Source of the DNA: Eledone cirrhosa
Taxonomy: Eukaryota
NCBI GenBank assembly: GCA_964016885.1
Contig: OZ024754.1
Location: forward strand, 25,606,001-25,670,000
Length of the DNA stretch: 64,000 bases
Direction of reading: 5' to 3'
Part shown: positions 15,092 through 32,511 of the stretch, piece by piece
Layout: each line of letters starts with the position of its first letter
Position numbering within the stretch: position 1 is the stretch's first letter
Program-made: the position numbers and the translations under genes
The notes under the pieces: generated by a model
The model's input: the letters and a program-made list of their open reading frames with translations, nothing else
Database searches by the model: none
Told to the model about the DNA's origin: nothing

Positions 15092-16993
15092 CTCTTTTAC
15101 TCTTTTACTCTTTTACCTGTTTCAGCCATCCGGCTGAGGCCATGCTGGGGCACCGCCCTTGTTGCTACACATTTTATCTCCAGCCTGTATAGGTTGGCCA
15201 CTGGTGTAGGAGGGAGTTTGTTGCTGCTGCCCTTAGGTTTCCCTCGTGTCTTGCTGTGGGCTCATCCGGGATCCTGGATAACAAGGTGTCGAGATGTTTC
15301 TTAAAGACATCCACCTCCACGTCATGCAAGTCTCGCAGATGCCTCGGCAGCCTGTTGAAGAGTTGAGGGCCCTTGAATCCCAGGCTATTGCAATACCTGC
15401 TCCTTATTCTAGATGTGGAAGACGGGGACCTTTGGCACCACACAGTGACGTCCTGTTCGACGGTTGGTCCAGCTCCCAATGCCAAAGTTTGGTGCTAGTC
15501 CCTCCAGGATTTTCCACATGTAGATCACTGCGTATCTCTCCCGTCTTCACTCCAAGGAGTAGAGGTTCAGTTCCTTCAGCCTCTCCCAGTAGCTTGTCTC
15601 CCTCATCTTGGCAATCCTCTTGGTGTAGCTTCGCTGGATTGCCTCAGCTCCGTGGTTAGTTTGACACTATGGGGTGACCATAGCTGGGAGCAGTAGTCCA
15701 GGCGGCTTAGGACAAAAGTCCTCCACAGTGTCAACATGGTGTCTCGATCTCTTGTAAGGAAAGTCCTCAAGATCCAGCCAGCGAATCGTCTACATGCTGT
15801 CGCCACCTTCATGATGTGTGAAGAAAAAGATGCATCATCGCTCATGTCTATGCCCAGGTCTCGTATCGATTTTGACACGGGGATATCGGTCCCTCCTGGT
15901 CCTGTGTAGCTGTGTTCCGCTATATTTGTGTTTGTGTTTGCAGGTTTGTATTGTAGGGCTTGGAATTTGCCACTATTAAACTGCATGTTGTTTTCTTCCG
16001 CCCATCTGTATATGGCATCCAGATCCTGCTGTAAGAGGGCAGCGTCAGCCGGGTTTTTGATTGCCTGTGCTACCTTAGTGTCATCAGCATAGCTAGTGAG
16101 GGATGTTGTTGCATGCACCACAGAGGGCATGTCCGAGAGAGCCACCAAAAACAGTAGTGGTCCCAGGACTGTCCCCTGAGGCACCCCACTTGTTATCGGT
16201 GTTTCCCTCGAGAGGGCCCCATTTGCTGCGACTGCCTGGCTTCTGTCCCTTAGAAAGCCATGCAGCCACTCACCTACTTTTCCAGTTATGCCGAGTCTGT
16301 GTAGTTTGTGACATATCATTCCGTGGTCGACCTTGTCAAAGGCCTTCGCAAAGTCAAGATATATCACGTCTACATGTGAGCTGTCTAGTTGTCTCAGAAC
16401 CCAGTCGTAGTGATGTAGCAGCTGTGTAAGGCAGCTTCTTCCTGGGCGGAAGCCATGTTGCGTGCTAGTCAGGCGGTCATTTTCTTCGAGGAAAGTGATT
16501 AGTTTCTTTCTGACGACTCGCTCCATGACCTTACTGATATGCGACGTCAGGGAGACTGGCCTATAGTTCTTGGCCTCCGCTCTACTACCTCCTTTATGGA
16601 TAGGGCATATTGTGCCTTCTTTCAGCTCCCTGGGTAGTACACCGCTAGCCAAGGAGATTCTGAAGAGCATCTTCAGTGGAGTTGCTAAGGCCCGCTTACA
16701 TATTTTTAGGAGAACTGCTGGGAATCCATCAGGTCCAGCAGCCGAGTCTGTTCTAATTTCATCAATGGCGTACACTACATCCTCCTCCGTTATGTCTATG
16801 TGGTTGATGGTTGCCATTTCTTGATGTAGTGTTGTGGCATCAAAGAACTCCTCTGGCTTCGTTATTTGCATGTGCCTCAGTGGACATGTGAAGACACTTT
16901 TGTACTGTTCGTTCAGTATTTCACATATCTCTTGGGGATTTTCGGTTAATGAACCGTCCGTGTGGAAGAGTAGTCCAATCTTGCAGTGTACTG
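15092..16993 (-). mobile_element. CR1-clade LINE, 3' part (RT), frameshifted, cut by assembly gap; 3' tail (GTAAAAGA)n
   Basis: YRPVSLTS, QHGFRPGRSCLTQL, YLDFAKAFDKV, GVPQGTVLGP, YADD in ORF 15603-16871; continues in ORF 15174-15485. Confidence 0.88.
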
Positions 16994-17193
16994 NNNNNNN
17001 NNNNNNNNNNNNNNNNNNNNNNNNNNNNNNNNNNNNNNNNNNNNNNNNNNNNNNNNNNNNNNNNNNNNNNNNNNNNNNNNNNNNNNNNNNNNNNNNNNNN
17101 NNNNNNNNNNNNNNNNNNNNNNNNNNNNNNNNNNNNNNNNNNNNNNNNNNNNNNNNNNNNNNNNNNNNNNNNNNNNNNNNNNNNNNNNNNNNN
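16994..17193. other. Assembly gap (200 N)
   Basis: Run of N. Confidence 1.
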
Positions 17194-17259
17194 CTACTTC
17201 AAGTATTGAGTACTTTGGTGCGTTATGGTCCACCTGGTTCCTTACCACATTTCCTTCGT

Positions 17260-19826
<2,567 letters not shown>

Positions 19827-19925
19827 TGATGGCTGCCCCCTCGTTATCGAGTATAGCCATTGCACGAGGAGAAAGAAAAAAAAAATAATAATAATAAATA
19901 AATAAAAAGAAAATAAAAATTAAAA

Positions 19926-19956
<31 letters not shown>

Positions 19957-19999
19957 CATACATATATACACACACATACTCACACACACACATACAGAT

Positions 20000-20340
20000 G
20001 GAGGCACATGGCTTAGTGGTTAGAGCATTGGCCTTGCAATGGAAAGGTTGTGAGTTCAATTCTCAGACCAGGTGATGTGTTGTTTCCTTGAGCAAGACAC
20101 TTTATTTCACATTGCTCCAGTTTACTCAGCTGTAGAAATGAGATGATAGGGACTGAGGTCATATCATTCCACTGCAAAGTGGTCGTGGAGGTGCCATGGC
20201 AAAAAAGCACCCAGCACTCACTGTAAATGAGGTTGGTGTTAGGAAGGGCATCCAGCTGTAGAAATCAAGCCAGAATCAGTTCCCGTCCCACCCTTGCAAG
20301 CAGGGAAAAAAACGGACGTAAAATGAAATGATGATGATGA
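20000..20340 (+). mobile_element. tRNA-derived SINE with RTE-type 3' tail ending in (GAT)n
   Basis: A box TGGCTTAGTGG, B box GAGTTCAATTC, central CCTTGAGCAAGACACTTT, tail shared with the RTE 3' UTR at 35060-35257. Confidence 0.85.
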
Positions 20341-20469
20341 CATACATTAATAACAATAATAATAATAATAACAATAATAACGACAACAACAATAATAATA
20401 TACATATACATATATATATACACACACACGCACACACATAAGCATATCTACACACACACACGATAGCAA

Positions 20470-20788
20470 CTAACAGCGCTACGATCGAATGTGGCTTTTT
20501 AGCCCAGCCAATGATCTAAAATGTCTTGCACAGAGTCGGCAACCAAAACATTTACTGGGAATAGTCGGCTGTGGTTGGAGTTTGTGTACTTTTGCATGTC
20601 GCTTGAGCCCTCCTGCTGATTTACATTCTCTACCACATGCTTGGCAAGCATGATGAGTAGCATCTCCAACAGCAGCCTGGTAGTCAACCACTGGTCTTAC
20701 TTTACGACTGCGAAGATGACTTTCGAGTCCAGCTTTGCTTAGGCAGAGTCTCGCACATACGCTGCATGTCAGCACCATAGGAGGACCC
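20470..20788 (-). pseudogene. RTE-type LINE C-terminal fragment with three C2H2-like zinc fingers
   Basis: [55 protein letters not shown]; matching 3' terminus at 19826-19870. Confidence 0.65.
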
Positions 20789-20889
20789 TATATATATATA
20801 CACACATATATATATATACACACATATATATATACATATATATATATATATACACATATATATATATACATATATATACATATATACAC

Positions 20890-20920
<31 letters not shown>

Positions 20921-21121
20921 CATATATATATATATACATATATATATACACATATATATATACACATATATATATATATACATATATATATACATATATA
21001 TATACATATATATATACATATATATATACATATATATATATATACATATATATATATACATATATATATATATACATATATATATACACACATATATATA
21101 TATACACACATATATATATAC

Positions 21122-21152
<31 letters not shown>

Positions 21153-21250
21153 CATATATATATATACAAATATATATATACATATATATACATATATATA
21201 TATATATACATATCTATATATATACATTATATATATATATACATATATAT

Positions 21251-21600
21251 GGAGGCACATGGCTTAGTGGTTAGAGCATTGGCCTTGCAATCGAAAGGTT
21301 GTGAGTTCAATTCTCAGACCGGGTGGTGTGTTGTTTCCTTGAGCAAGACACTTTATTTCAAATTGCTCCAGTTTACTCAGCTGTAGAAATGAGATGATAG
21401 GGACTGAGGTCCTTATCATTCCACTGCAAAGTGGTCGTGTAGGTGCCACGGCAAAAAAGCACCCAGCACTCACTGTAAATGAGGTTGGTGTTAGGAAGGG
21501 CATCCAGCTGTAGAAATCAAGCCAGAATCAGTTCCCGTCCCACCCTTGCAAGCAGGGAAAAGCGGACGTAAAATGAAATGATGATGAAATGATGATGATG
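21251..21600 (+). mobile_element. tRNA-derived SINE, second copy
   Basis: Near-identical to 20000-20340. Confidence 0.85.
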
Positions 21601-22009
21601 ATACATATATACATATACATATATATATATACATATATATATACACATATATATATATATATACACATATATATACATACATATATATATACATATATAT
21701 ATACATATATATATACATATATATATACACACATATATATATATACATATATACATACATATATATATACATATATATATACATATATATATACATATAT
21801 ATATACATATATATATACATATATATATACATATATATATACATATATATATATACATATATATATACATATATATATACATATATATACATATACATAT
21901 ACATATATACATATCTACATATATATAGAGTTATATATATATATATATAGTTATATATATATAGTTATATATATATAGTTATATGTAATATATAAGATCA
22001 AAAGATCTA

Positions 22010-22073
22010 TTTTATTATGCGCATTTCAAAAACAAACATCATCATATAATATTTGTGTTTTCATCAGATAAAA
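22010..22073 (-). ncRNA. Type I hammerhead ribozyme (isolated pLTR-like fragment)
   Basis: Minus: TTTTAT-CTGATGA-AAACACAAATAT..ATGTTTGTTTTT-GAAA-TGCGCA-TA^ATAAAA; palindromic helix III. Confidence 0.75.
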
Positions 22074-22761
22074 CAGGAGGACATGATATGAAGGCTAAAA
22101 AACACTTGTGGATAGTGCAGTTTTAAATCAACATATGAGAAGTAGTTTTAGATTGATGTGTGATATTGGGAAACATATTTTATTTAGAGAGGGGGGGTGG
22201 AAAGGATGAAAAAAAGGGGGAGGAGATGAGAGTGAAGGTGGAGAGGGAGAGATGGGTGATAGAGAGAGAGAGATAGTTTTTATAACTGAGAAAGATATAT
22301 TGTTTTACATAGAGAGGTTGAAAACCGTTGGAAGATAATGTATGAATTAAAAGAATTTGAAAATTAACGAAGGGAAAAATATGTACGAAGAAGGAGAGGG
22401 AGTTAATATGTATTGAGATTAAAAAGTTTGATGATAGAGAGAATAGAATAATGAATTGGAATATTCTAACGTCAAAAAAGTGTGTGTGTTTACAAGTATT
22501 ATGGAAATTTGAAAATTAACGAAGAGAAAAAAATTATTAAGGTTTGTGTATTGAAGGATTTGAGAAAAATAATGTGAAGTTAAGGTTTGTATATTGAAGG
22601 AAATGATAATATGTGCGAAGAAAGAGTTAATATGTATTAAGAATGAGTTAGATGATGGGGAGAAAAAAATAATGAATTAAGGATGAATTATACATATATA
22701 TATATACATATATATATATACATATATATATATACATACATATATATATATACATATATAC

Positions 22762-22794
<33 letters not shown>

Positions 22795-22911
22795 CATATA
22801 TATATACATATATACATATATATATATATACATATATATATACATATATACATATATATATATATACATATATATATACATATATATATACATATATACA
22901 TATATATATAT

Positions 22912-22944
<33 letters not shown>

Positions 22945-23019
22945 TATATACATATATATATATATACATATATATATATACATATATACATATATATACA
23001 TATATATATACATATATAC

Positions 23020-23058
<39 letters not shown>

Positions 23059-23123
23059 CATATATACATATATATATATACATATATATATACATATATA
23101 CATATATATATATACATATACAC

Positions 23124-23192
<69 letters not shown>

Positions 23193-23440
23193 CATATATA
23201 TATATACATATATATATACATATAGTATTTACGTATCGAGAAAGAGAGAAAAATGGAGGGATAGGTGATACATATAGTTATTTGCCAAGTAGCGTATGCC
23301 AAAGGTGCTCGATACTAGTGCCGGCAGTATTAAATATTCGAAGTGTTAATATTTAGTGGGCTAGAGAGTTAGCAGAGCGTAAGCACGTGGGAAAGTGAAA
23401 AATCGGACAATAGACCGTTAAAACATGTTTATTGAAAATA

Positions 23441-23480
23441 TCAACTACGTACGTTTCGCCCAGTTGGGCTTCTCAAGGGC
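23441..23480 (-). ncRNA. U3-A8 variant hammerhead motif, helix I disrupted
   Basis: Minus: TTGAGAA-GCCC-AACT-GGGC-GAAA-CGTACG-TA. Confidence 0.45.
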
Positions 23481-23647
23481 ATAAACAGTCACAAGTGTTC
23501 CTTATATAGTTTGGAAAGAGATTTGGGGGTTAAATCGACATCAAGATTCATCGCTCGCAAAAATATCTTGTTTTGATTATGCAGCAGGTCAAGCTCCCTT
23601 GACCTGCTGCATAATCGGTCTATTCTCCGATTTTTCACTTTCCCACG

Positions 23648-27887
<4,240 letters not shown>

Positions 27888-28024
27888 GACACGTCAAAAC
27901 AGAAACTGACCACACAAAATTCAAGAAGTCTTTGGACAAATTCCCTCGGACTAATGAAACATCTGTTAATACTTTGAATAAACCCTATTGTACAACCGAT
28001 CCGCGTTATTTTCCCTTCAGTTAC

Positions 28025-28055
<31 letters not shown>

Positions 28056-28348
28056 CCGCATGTATCTGTGTGTTTCTAAATATATTAATAACTCCCTCTG
28101 GTCGAGCAATCTTTGAAGTGTGGGGACAACTGGAAAGCTTCCATTACTCATACTTCTCGCCTTCTTCACTACCTCTTCTACGGCCTCGATATGAATACCC
28201 CCTCCGCCTCCGTGGTATTTTTTTCGTGGTTATAAGAGGCTTAGCTCTGTTTCTCGACCGTTATATCGCGTGACTATCTCCCCCACCGCCTTTTGGGATT
28301 CTTTCTCACGTCGTGTAGACGCGTTCTTGAGACTAGTAAAATGAGGTA

Positions 28349-28436
28349 TCCTCTTGATAAGTCGGCAGACCTCGCAGGGACTCTATATCTTTGATATATC
28401 GTTTTTGTTTATGCCACGAGACTACGTAGTCGAGGA
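28349..28436 (+). ncRNA. U3-A8 hammerhead, mutated copy (GAAA>GAGA)
   Basis: TCCTC-TTGATAA-GTCGGCA...TGCCAC-GAGA-CTACGTAG-TC-GAGGA. Confidence 0.55.
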
Positions 28437-28939
28437 ATTTAGGAACAGTTTAGGTATGATACATTTTATTACTAATTATATCTAAATGTTTCTTCTCTCT
28501 TCATAATGTATTTTTAACTCTGATACTGGTTCAGTCTGGTTCAAACTGAATTGGTCTGTCCCAGTCATTCATTGAGCAACATCGGTGAAGTTGGCACCCT
28601 TAACTCACAGTTGGGTGTGGATGCATTCATGTATATATGTGTGTGTCCGCATGTATCTGTGTGTTTCTAAATGTATTAATAACTCCCTCTGGTCGAGCAA
28701 TCTTTGAAGTGTGGGGACAACTGGAAAGCTTCCATTACTCATACTTCTCGCCTTCTTCACTACCTCTTCTACGGCCTCGATATGAATACCCACTCCGCCT
28801 CCGTGGTATTTTTTTCGTGGTTATAAGAGGCTTAGCTCTGTTTCTCGACCGTTATATCGCGTGACTATCTCCCCCACCGCCTTTTGGGATTCTTTCTCAC
28901 GTCGTGTAGACGCGTTCTTGAGACTAGTAAAATGAGGTA

Positions 28940-29027
28940 TCCTCTTGATAAGTCGGCAGACCTCGCAGGGACTCTATATCTTTGATATATTGTTTTTGTT
29001 TATGCCACGAAACTACGTAGTCGAGGA
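28940..29027 (+). ncRNA. U3-A8 variant type I hammerhead ribozyme, intact
   Basis: TCCTC-TTGATAA-GT(C)GGCA...TGCCAC-GAAA-CTACGTAG-TC^GAGGA; helix I TCCTC/GAGGA; palindromic helix III. Confidence 0.7.
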
Positions 29028-29289
29028 ATTTAGGAACAGTTTAGGTATGATACATTTTATTACTAATTATATCTAAATGTTTCTTCTCTCTTCATAATGT
29101 ATTTTTAACTCTGATACTGGTTCAGTCTGGTTCAAACTGAATTGGTCTGTCCCAGTCATTCATTGAGCAACATCGGTGAAGTTGGCACCCTTAACTCACA
29201 GTTGGGTGTGGATGCATTCATGTATATATGTGTGTGTCCGCATGTATCTGTGTGTTTCTAAATGTATATATACATATATATATATATAC

Positions 29290-29320
<31 letters not shown>

Positions 29321-29495
29321 CATATATATATACATATATATATACATATATATACATATATATATACATATATATACATATATATATACATATATATACA
29401 CATATATATACATATATATATACATATATATACATATATATATACATATATATACACATATATATACACATATATATACACATATATATACACAT

Positions 29496-29526
<31 letters not shown>

Positions 29527-29553
29527 CATATATATACACATATATATACACAT

Positions 29554-29587
<34 letters not shown>

Positions 29588-29594
29588 ATACATA

Positions 29595-30200
29595 TGGTGG
29601 CTGCCAACTCGTTTTCGAGTACGGCCACTACTTTATATCCATGTAGGAGAACTCCTACCAATGCGCTGAACGAGTGACATTTTAGTCCAGCCAGCAACTT
29701 GAAAACTCTGGTACAAACACTACACTTGCGACAATCATTGACACATAGTGCTGGGCCCAGGGTACCATGTGACGACAAGTGCAGAGAGATCTCCAGATAT
29801 AAAGCAATGCCTGTGCCGTGAAGCTTTTATAGTGAGCAAAGGCACTGCACAAAGCCAGTCCCACTCTCTTAACCAAGATGATATTTACCAAAAAGAAGAA
29901 CAAGTCAACATCATTGGATACCATCAGGGTTGCAGATGTTATATCAGAGTTTTCCTTCTCCTAGAATTCTGCCTTGACAAAGGCTAAGGGGTCATCTCTC
30001 CCGGTGATTTTGGATGGCCATTGACTCTTAAGAGCTCCTTTGCCCTTTGACAGGTTTTGTTTTTAGTCCTGCAGGATGTCCAAAATCACCCTCCTCACCA
30101 AGAAACCTTGGTGGGGTTGCCAGTTTAGTCGCCAACGACCCGACCATGGGACAGGTTGTACTGGGATACATGTTACCAGTAGCACCAAGTGGTGACCTGA
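29595..30200 (-). mobile_element. Non-autonomous RTE-derived element (5' segment + zinc-finger remnant + 3' tail)
   Basis: GGTCGTTGGCGACTAAACTGGCAACCCCA head, [12 protein letters not shown] remnant, GGCCGTACTCGAAAACGAG..GCAGCCACCAT end; relatives at 45113-45421, 56441-56922, 25945-26075. Confidence 0.65.
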
Positions 30201-30351
30201 CATATATACATATACATATATATATACATACATATATATATACATACATACATATATATATACATATATATATACATATATATACATATATATATACATA
30301 TATATACATATATATATACATATATATACATATATATATACATATATATAC

Positions 30352-30400
<49 letters not shown>

Positions 30401-30475
30401 CATATATACATATATATATATATATACATATATACATATATACATATATATATATATACATATATACATATATAC

Positions 30476-30571
<96 letters not shown>

Positions 30572-30701
30572 GTACATATATATATATATGTATATATATA
30601 TATGTATATGTATATATATACATATATATATATATATATGTATATGTATATATATACATATATATATACATATATACATACATATATACATATATATATA
30701 C

Positions 30702-30746
<45 letters not shown>

Positions 30747-30887
30747 CATATATACATATATATATATACATATACATATATATATATACATATATATATA
30801 TATACATATATATATACATATATATATATATACATATATATATACATATATATATATATACATATATATATACATATATATATACAT

Positions 30888-32305
30888 ATCATCATCATCA
30901 TCATCATCATCAGGTTTAGCGTCCGTGTTCCACGCTTGCATGGGTTTGGACGGGGGTTTTCCCACTTGAGGCAAGAGTGGTTGTCTTGCTCGCATAGGAC
31001 TGTCTGGCGGGTTTTCTACAGTTGGATGCCCTTCCTAACACCAACCACATTTACAGTGTGGGGCTGGGAGGTTTTTACCGTGTTGCCTACACGGCCACAT
31101 TACAGCGTGGACTGTCTGGCGGGTTTTCTACAGCTGGATGCCCTTCCTAACACCAACCACATTTACAGTGTGGGGCTGGGAGGTTTTTACCGTGTTGCCT
31201 ACACGGCCACATTTACAGCGTGGACTGTGTGTTTTTTGTCGTGACACCTACACGATCTCATTTGTTTCGGCCTGGATGTTGTGGGACCAACATAACTTTA
31301 CTTTGAAAGGGGCGGTGTGGGTGGGGTGGAGGTGGTGGGACGGGGGTGTGTTTTGATAGAGGTGCCTACTGACTGTAGTAGGTTTTTACTTTGTATTTAG
31401 GTAAGGCGGGTCTTCTCTATTACTGAGTACCGCCAAAGGTCTCGGTCCAGTGACATTGTCTTGGAGAGGTGTAAGCGTGTGAGGTCGGAATTTATCAGCT
31501 CGTCCCATGTTTTTCTGGGTCTGCCTACTCCGTGGCTACCGTCTATCTTTATTGCCCTGCACTTTGTTATACAGCTGTCGTCTTTCATGCGCATCACGTG
31601 ACCGTACCAACGTAGCCTTCTCTCGAGTAAACAACATCTGATCCCTCTTATTTCTAATTTTTTCCTTAGTTCGTTTATGCTTTGCCGTTCACGTATATTA
31701 CTATTGCACATCCAGCGGAGCATGCAAGCTTCGTTCCTCTCTAGTCTGCGTATATCCTCTGCACACAATGCCCAGGTCTCACTGCCATGCAGCATTGCTG
31801 TTCGTATGCAGGCATCGTATAACCTGCCTTTCATTTTTAGGGAGAACCCTCTAGCGGCTAATAGTGGTATAAGCTCTCTGAACTTTTTCCATCCAGTTCT
31901 GACTCTAGCTACTGTACTTTCAGAGCACCCTCCCCCACTGCTGATTTTGTCACCCAGATAACGGAAGCTGTCCACTATTTCTATAGAACCCTCTGCGCAG
32001 TTGAAGGAGCTAGTATTTTGTGGGCACTTGCTGCTACTTATTGCACCAGAGCACCGGCCACATGTAAAATCTATGTTCTTAGTTAGCTTACCTGTGATCC
32101 CACTACATCTTTTATGCACCCATACTTTGCATTTGGGACATAAAATGGAGTTTCTGCCTTTTGATTCTAGGCCGTGCTTCCACGTTTGGAATTTCTTCTC
32201 TAGTTCGGTCATTGATTCAGCTATGAGCGTTAGATCATCTGCGTATAGGAGTTCCCATGGGCAGCCGGTCTTGAACTCCTCTGTTATAGCCTGAAGGGCA
32301 ATAAT
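30888..32305 (-). mobile_element. 5'-truncated RTE LINE (RT 3' part + 3' UTR ending in (GAT)n)
   Basis: [29 protein letters not shown] in ORF 31397-32305. Confidence 0.9.
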
Positions 32306-32511
32306 AAATAGTATACATATATATATACATATATATATACATATATATATACATATATATATACATATATATATATACATATATATATATACATATATAT
32401 ATATACATATATATTTCTACATATATATATATACATATATATTTCTACATATATATATATACATATATATATATACATATATATTTCTACATATATATAC
32501 ATATATATATA

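Larger units (their letters stand above)
28044..29264 (+). mobile_element. HHR-bearing tandem repeat, 591-bp unit (2 copies + partial)
   Basis: atatgtgtgtgtccgcatgtatctgtg recurs at ~28044, 28635, 29226; one HHR motif per unit; TA flanks. Confidence 0.85.

Noticed and set aside
20000-20075. tRNA-Ala gene (also 21251 and 54970-55043)
   Set aside because: Acceptor and anticodon stems do not pair fully and each continues into a SINE body
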